64,000 bases of DNA. It comes from Fonticula alba ATCC 38817 (taxonomy: Eukaryota > Protista > Nucleariida). The number at the start of each line of letters is the position of its first letter. Within the stretch, counting starts at the first letter, position 1. Below the pieces are notes generated by a model. The model worked only from the letters and a program-made list of their open reading frames with translations, did not search any database and was not told where the DNA came from. Positions 58,917-64,000 of this stretch are shown here, piece by piece. The DNA is taken from the NCBI GenBank assembly GCA_000388065.2, contig KB932208.1, one strand, 5' to 3'. The translations under genes were made by a program, and so were the position numbers.

Positions 58917-59693
58917 AACCAGGGCCAGGAGGATGACAATATGTGTCGGGACTTTTGCGAGTCCTGCAACGGGGAGAGGCGGTGTCCGCATCTCCTCCCC
59001 TGCTGTCCCTCGCTGTGATCAAGGAATATACACACATTTTCACAAATATGCAGACTTACACACACAGGCGCAAAGACTTGCATCACGCCGGGGGGGGGGA
59101 TACCCCCGTCATGGAGTCGGCCATGTCTCAGGGAAACAGGAAGACGGGGAAAAAGGGGGCACATGAGCCACCCGCACCAGGCTCTGGGTCTGTAGTGCGG
59201 AGAGAGAGAGAGAGAGAGAAGAATGATATGCAAGACACAACCAGACAACCGTCCTTCTTTTGGAGAACAAGTTCAATTTGGTACAGGGGGGAGAAAGCGG
59301 ACAGCCAAAACTGGGTTGCCGAGACTATAGGGAGGGAGAGAGGGGGGGAGGGGGGAGGGGGGGAAGCGAATCCCTTCTATCGCGAGGCGCAGCGCGCGGC
59401 GCGCGACTCGCACATAACGATGAGAGAGGGCGGAGGGAGGGCGGGAGGAGAAGGGGGGGTGCTGACACGCCCCCGGCACACCCACAAGAGAGGGCGCCGA
59501 GAGAGCGAGGCAACAGCCAAACTCCATGGACAGCAGAGAGACCTCCAGGCCGGGGGAGAGGAGGGGAGGGGGGAGAGGGGGCGCGCGGGCCGGAGGAGTG
59601 GGCCGCGTGTGTGCTTCAAAACAACAGCCACACGCGCGCCGCGTCACTCACCTCCACGGTCACCACCAAGCCGATGTGTAGACCCACATTCGC

Positions 59694-61452
59694 TTAGTTG
59701 GTCTTGGTCGCGGCGGCGACGGGCTTCTTCTTGTAGGAGCGGCGGTAGAACTGGATGAAGAGGACCAGGAAGGACACCAGGACGAACTTGCCGAACCAGA
59801 AGGAGAACCAGTTACCGGAGCAGGTGATGCCCTTGATGATGGTGAAGTAGGCCCAAGAGAGGTTGCTGGAGATGCCGAGGACGAACTGCACGATCTGCAG
59901 GGTGGTGAGGTGCTTCTTCCAGGAGACCTGAATGTTCAGAGTCTGAGAGGCATAGAAGTAGTACATGAAGACATGGACCAGGGTGTTGGAGGCGGAGGAG
60001 AACCTGCGAGCGCGCGCGATTGTGGGGGGAGGGGGAGAGAGAAGGGAGAAGGAGGAAGGATGAGTCAGAGGGGGCAAGATCGACGAGGGGAAGGGGGGGG
60101 GGGACGACGGCGGCGAATGAGGGAAATCAAGGGGCCGAAAAGGCGGCTGGCCGACATACCACTGGATACCAAGGTCGACGTCGAGGCAAACCCAGCACAG
60201 CCACAGGGTGATGATGTGGTGGTACCAGTGGAGGAAGATGACGTTCTTCTACGGGTGGTCGCATCAGGAGCGCGGGCGCAAATGCGCGTGAGGGGGCGTC
60301 AGCAACAAGGCAAGGGACTGCGCATAGGCATAGAGAGAGAGAGGGAGAGGCGAGGAGGGGGGAAAGAGGCATGGAGCGGATGGGCAACAAAGGAGGCGGG
60401 TCTCCGCGGCACGCACCTTGCGCAGGATCAGGATGGCAGTGTCGATGAACTCATACATCTTGGACAGGTAGAAGATGTAGTACCAGAAGAAGAGGTTGGT
60501 CGAGGCACGGTGGGTGTAGTTCGGGTCGCAGGTGAGGTGGACCCACTGGGGGTTCTTGAGAGCGTAGAGGGCGACCTGGGGGCAGGGCACGGGGGGGGGG
60601 AACACCAAGCGGGAGGGGGGCGCGCGCAGGAGGAGGGAGGTCAGCACATGGGGAGGCGGATTGCGTGGAGGAGAGAGAAAGAGAGAGAAAGAGAGGGAAG
60701 CTGCCCGAAGGCGAGGGAATCGACACACCTCCTTGAGCATGCCGATGGTCATGACCAGGGAGCCGGTGGAGAGAATCCAGTTGTGGATGACCATGACCCA
60801 CTTGAGGTTGAGGGGCTGGCGGTTCTTCATGACCATCGGCAGGAAGATGAGCATGAGGACGTAGCCGAGAGTGGCGATGATCGGGTACTTGGGCTCGTGC
60901 AGGAGGGTCAGGCGCTCGAACTTGAAGTTCTCAACAACCGGCTTCCAGACGGTCTCGAGCAGGCCGAGGGTGACGGCGGCCGAGATGATGATGGAAGGGG
61001 AGAGGATGCTGGATGACGGGGGGGGGTGGCGGCGGGATGAGGAAAGGGGGATGCGACGGGGGAGAGGGGAAGACGCGGGAGTCAGCAAGGGAGCCGGGAG
61101 GGGGGGGGGGGCGAGGCCACCGACACCACATTGCGAAAGTATGCCCCCGATGCACCGAGAGAGCGAGGGTGGTGCGCGGGAGAGGAGGGGACGCCGCCCC
61201 GCGGGCAGAGACGGGCTAAGGCAAAGGAAGGGCCGGGACTCGGGNNNNNNNNNNNNNNNNNNNNNNNNNNNNNNNNNNNNNNNNNNNNNNNNNNNNNNNN
61301 NNNNNNNNNNNNNNNNNNNNNNNNNNNNNNNNNNNNNNNNNNNNNNNNNNGGCGTGTGCTCTGGGGGGGGGGGCAAGGTACCTGGCGGCGAAGGCATTGT
61401 GGGGCGGGCGAGCGCGGACGGCGTTGGTACCGGGCTTCTCGGAGACGGCCAT
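59694..61452 (-). CDS. ELOVL: Fatty acid elongase (ELO/GNS1 family), 5 exons
   Basis: HNWILSTGS, FYLSKMYEFIDTAILILRK, the histidine box FLHWYHH, NTLVHVFMYYFY, TTLQIVQF and LFIQFYRRSY. ATG at 61452 is inferred from a phase-2 join across intron 1. Confidence 0.95.
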
Positions 61453-61755
61453 TGTGACGGGCGTTGCGTGGTATTCGGGGCAGAGAGGGTGCTCTATCCC
61501 GGAAATGTCAGCTGTCTGCCGCCCGGGAGGTGAGAAGCGAGGGAGAAAGGGTCAACAACTCGGGGCGTGGGACAGAGGGAGGATGGGGGACATTCGCAAA
61601 GATACAGGGGCGCAGGGCAGGGGGAGGTACCGAAATGGGCGGATGAAAAGCAACTAGGGGGAGTCCCGGGGCCCGGTGAGCGGGCAGCGCCCCGGCACAA
61701 AAGTCCACCCCGGTAGCCGGGTTCTGTCCTCCCGCTCGGGTACTCCCCCCCCCCC

Positions 61756-61788
<33 letters not shown>

Positions 61789-62535
61789 GCTCGCGCGCGC
61801 GCGCGCGCGCGAGTCTCCGGCCCCGGGGTGGGGGCGAGGGTACCCACTGGTGCCCGGGCATCACCCCGAGGCATGCGCACACCCCGGGGTCGCGCGCCGC
61901 GCGTCGACCCCTGTGAAGGCCCCGCCCGGGCGGAGTCTCGCGTTCCGCCCCCGCCCTCCCGAGGGGACGCCCCCCGCCCCCCTTCCCCCTCGCGCACCCC
62001 AGAAACCCAAAGAGAGGAGCGGGAGAACAGGAGCGGGACGGGGTAGGAGAGGGCCCGGGTTGCTCGCCGGAACGCAATGCGGCCGATGGCTAACAGTCAT
62101 TGGACACAAACGGATGAGGCCCGGCGCCCCTCGCGGCTCGGCATCCCCCCCTCCCCGTCTGGGCCCGGCCCGGCCCGGCCCGGCCCTCCTTTGGAAGGGG
62201 CAAGCACAGCACGCGCACGCGCGCACGCAAGCACACATATTGCGACTCCCCCAAAAGGCGCGGAGAGAGTGCCGCCCCGCGCGGGCCCGGCAACCCCGGG
62301 GAAACTGGTCAAGAGCGGCTCCCAAGAGTGGGGGGCTGGTGAAACGGGCCTCCAGACAGGGTGAGCCAGAGGCCCCGGCAGCCGGGTAATATTGATGGGC
62401 TTCCGGCGGCCGGGACCCGAGGGGCGGTGCTGAGCGCTGTCGTCGCCGGGGGGGGGGCCGGCGCGCAACCGCGAGGCCTGCCTTCCGCGCGCCTCACCAC
62501 GTCCTTGCAGGGAGGAGGGCCGGGGTCGGGAGAGA

Positions 62536-62568
<33 letters not shown>

Positions 62569-64000
62569 CCCGAGGATATTTTAGCAGACCGGTGGCCAGC
62601 CGGCGTCAGGCCCGCGCAGGGGGCAGGGGGGACGGCCGCGGTCACCGGAGCCGCCGGGCCCGCGCAGGGTGCGGGGCAGAGCAGGGGAAATGTGCGGCCG
62701 GGCGCCATGCAGGACGCGGCCGGCATCTCACCCGGTTGGGGGGGGGGGGGGGAGGCCCAGAAAAGCGGCCCCGACCGGGGTGCGGACGCCTTGGGAAGAA
62801 ACCACCACGCCCCTTCCGGAGGATGGGGCCCCCAACAACCGGCCGAAAAGCCGGGCACGAGGCATCCCAGAGCAAAGAGGCCTGGCAGGGGCATCGGCCC
62901 GGCGCGCGACAAGCCCCTCCGGCGGGTGGAGTTGGGGCGGCACTCTCCGGCTCGGCCCCCGGCCCCCGGCCCCGGCCGTCTTGCCCGGCCACCCCCGACC
63001 CGGGCCCCCAACCGCCGGCTGCCCCAGAGACGTGTGGGGGGCCGGGTCGCCGCTGGGGGGCGGGGGCGGGGGGGGGGGGAGGGGAGCATCGGCCGAATGA
63101 AGAGCGGCCGGAGAATCTGCCCGCCCCTCACGCGGGCCCGATGTGGGCCCCGGCCTCCGGCCGCTCGCGTCCCCTGCTGATGCGAGGCCGACCGCGGTGA
63201 CGACGAACGCGAAGGGACATCGAGAATGAGGAGCGGCCGGCCTTCCGGGCCACCTCAAACCCCGGACAGTCCTGGACAGTGGAGATCCGCCACGCTGGGG
63301 CTGGGAGTCCGTTCGCCCGCCCCCCTCGGCCCTCTCCCGTACTGCACCCACCATTAGCGCCGGCCCGCCCCCGGCAGCAGGTTTGTACATTCACGAGCCG
63401 GGAGCCCGAGGCCGAGATAGCGCCCCCCCCCCCCCCGGCCCGGGGGGGGGAGCGCTCTTGCTCCTCGAAATCGGCCGGCTCCGGTATGGTGCATGCAAGT
63501 GCGCCACCGTGGCCACGCGTCGAAAGGGGCCCGGGTCCGGGCGAGAGCCTATCGCTGCCGGGAGCCGAGGTGCGTGCGCGTGCGGAGGCGTCGAGAAAAA
63601 AACCGGCACTCGCACGAGGAACAGGCGGAGCGCCGTGCGGGGGCCGGCCCCGTGGCACCAAAACGGCCAGGCGGCCAAAGGACCCGCGCACGGTGGATAC
63701 CCTGCATGAAACACCTCGGGGGGGGGGGGACGGGAGCGGGGCAAAAATGCTCCCTGCTCTCTGGAGAACCGGACGGGGCAGAGAGCCACCAGCGCCCAGT
63801 GGCACCCCCCGCTGCCGCACCCCGCGCCCACGCTGGCTGCCCCAGGCTCCGGACGGAGGTCACATGGAGTGGCCCGCCGAAAAAGGGAAGAGGTAGGTGC
63901 TGAAATTTCCCTCGCCGTCCCCCCCCCCCCCCCCGGGGGGGCGGGGGTGGGGGTGGGTGGAGAACAAAGAGACCAAGGATAATGAAGAACATGTCCAGGG

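Larger units (their letters stand above)
4133..61350. other. 16 assembly gaps: 4133-4434, 9999-10008, 11473-11482, 15714-15804, 18048-18230, 18774-19063, 21314-21634, 25225-25265, 28586-28889, 37238-37377, 44250-44389, 46245-46254, 54231-54298, 55285-55677, 56332-56341, 61245-61350
   Basis: N runs read directly. Most abut G/C homopolymers or microsatellites. Confidence 1.

Noticed and set aside
1-64000. Transposons, rRNA, snRNAs, additional tRNAs
   Set aside because: By eye I found no transposase, RT or integrase motifs, terminal repeats, U1/U2/U5/U6 or 5S signatures, or other A/B-box pairs. A covariance-model search would be needed to be definitive.

Overview
GC-rich, intron-containing eukaryotic genomic DNA from a draft assembly, with 16 N-gaps that are nearly all flanked by poly-G/poly-C or (GA)n runs. 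The gene content and style suggest a unicellular opisthokont, and Fonticula alba is my unverified guess. By hand-splicing I can support 17 protein genes: an FMO (5' part outside the window), a giant (~1,850 aa) mitochondrial-type RbfA-domain protein, cytosolic ThrRS, NAA30/Mak3, a G-protein alpha subunit, TRAPPC6/Trs33, a ~2,160 aa CLEC16A/GOP-1 homolog, NOSIP, SAP30BP, ADAT1/Tad1, NUBPL/Ind1, TSEN34, an orphan low-complexity protein, a GT-A (GT92/GT2_4-like) glycosyltransferase, katanin p80, dynactin p27 and an ELOVL elongase. There is also one intron-containing tRNA-Tyr(GUA). I see no CRISPR, rRNA or transposon. Most ORFs in the supplied track are GC-driven shadow or antisense ORFs. I found no clearly new multi-gene system. 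The best leads are: (1) an unusual splicing code, with no A at donor +4 among more than 40 inferred introns (dominant GTGCGT), several AAG acceptors and CA-repeat 3' ends; (2) the giant RbfA-domain protein; (3) a tRNA-Tyr intron lacking the canonical anticodon-intron pair, 8 kb from a compact Sen34; (4) an uncharacterised glycosyltransferase; (5) a 6.4 kb non-coding region upstream of the G-alpha gene. All gene identities come from motif recognition from memory, with no database search.
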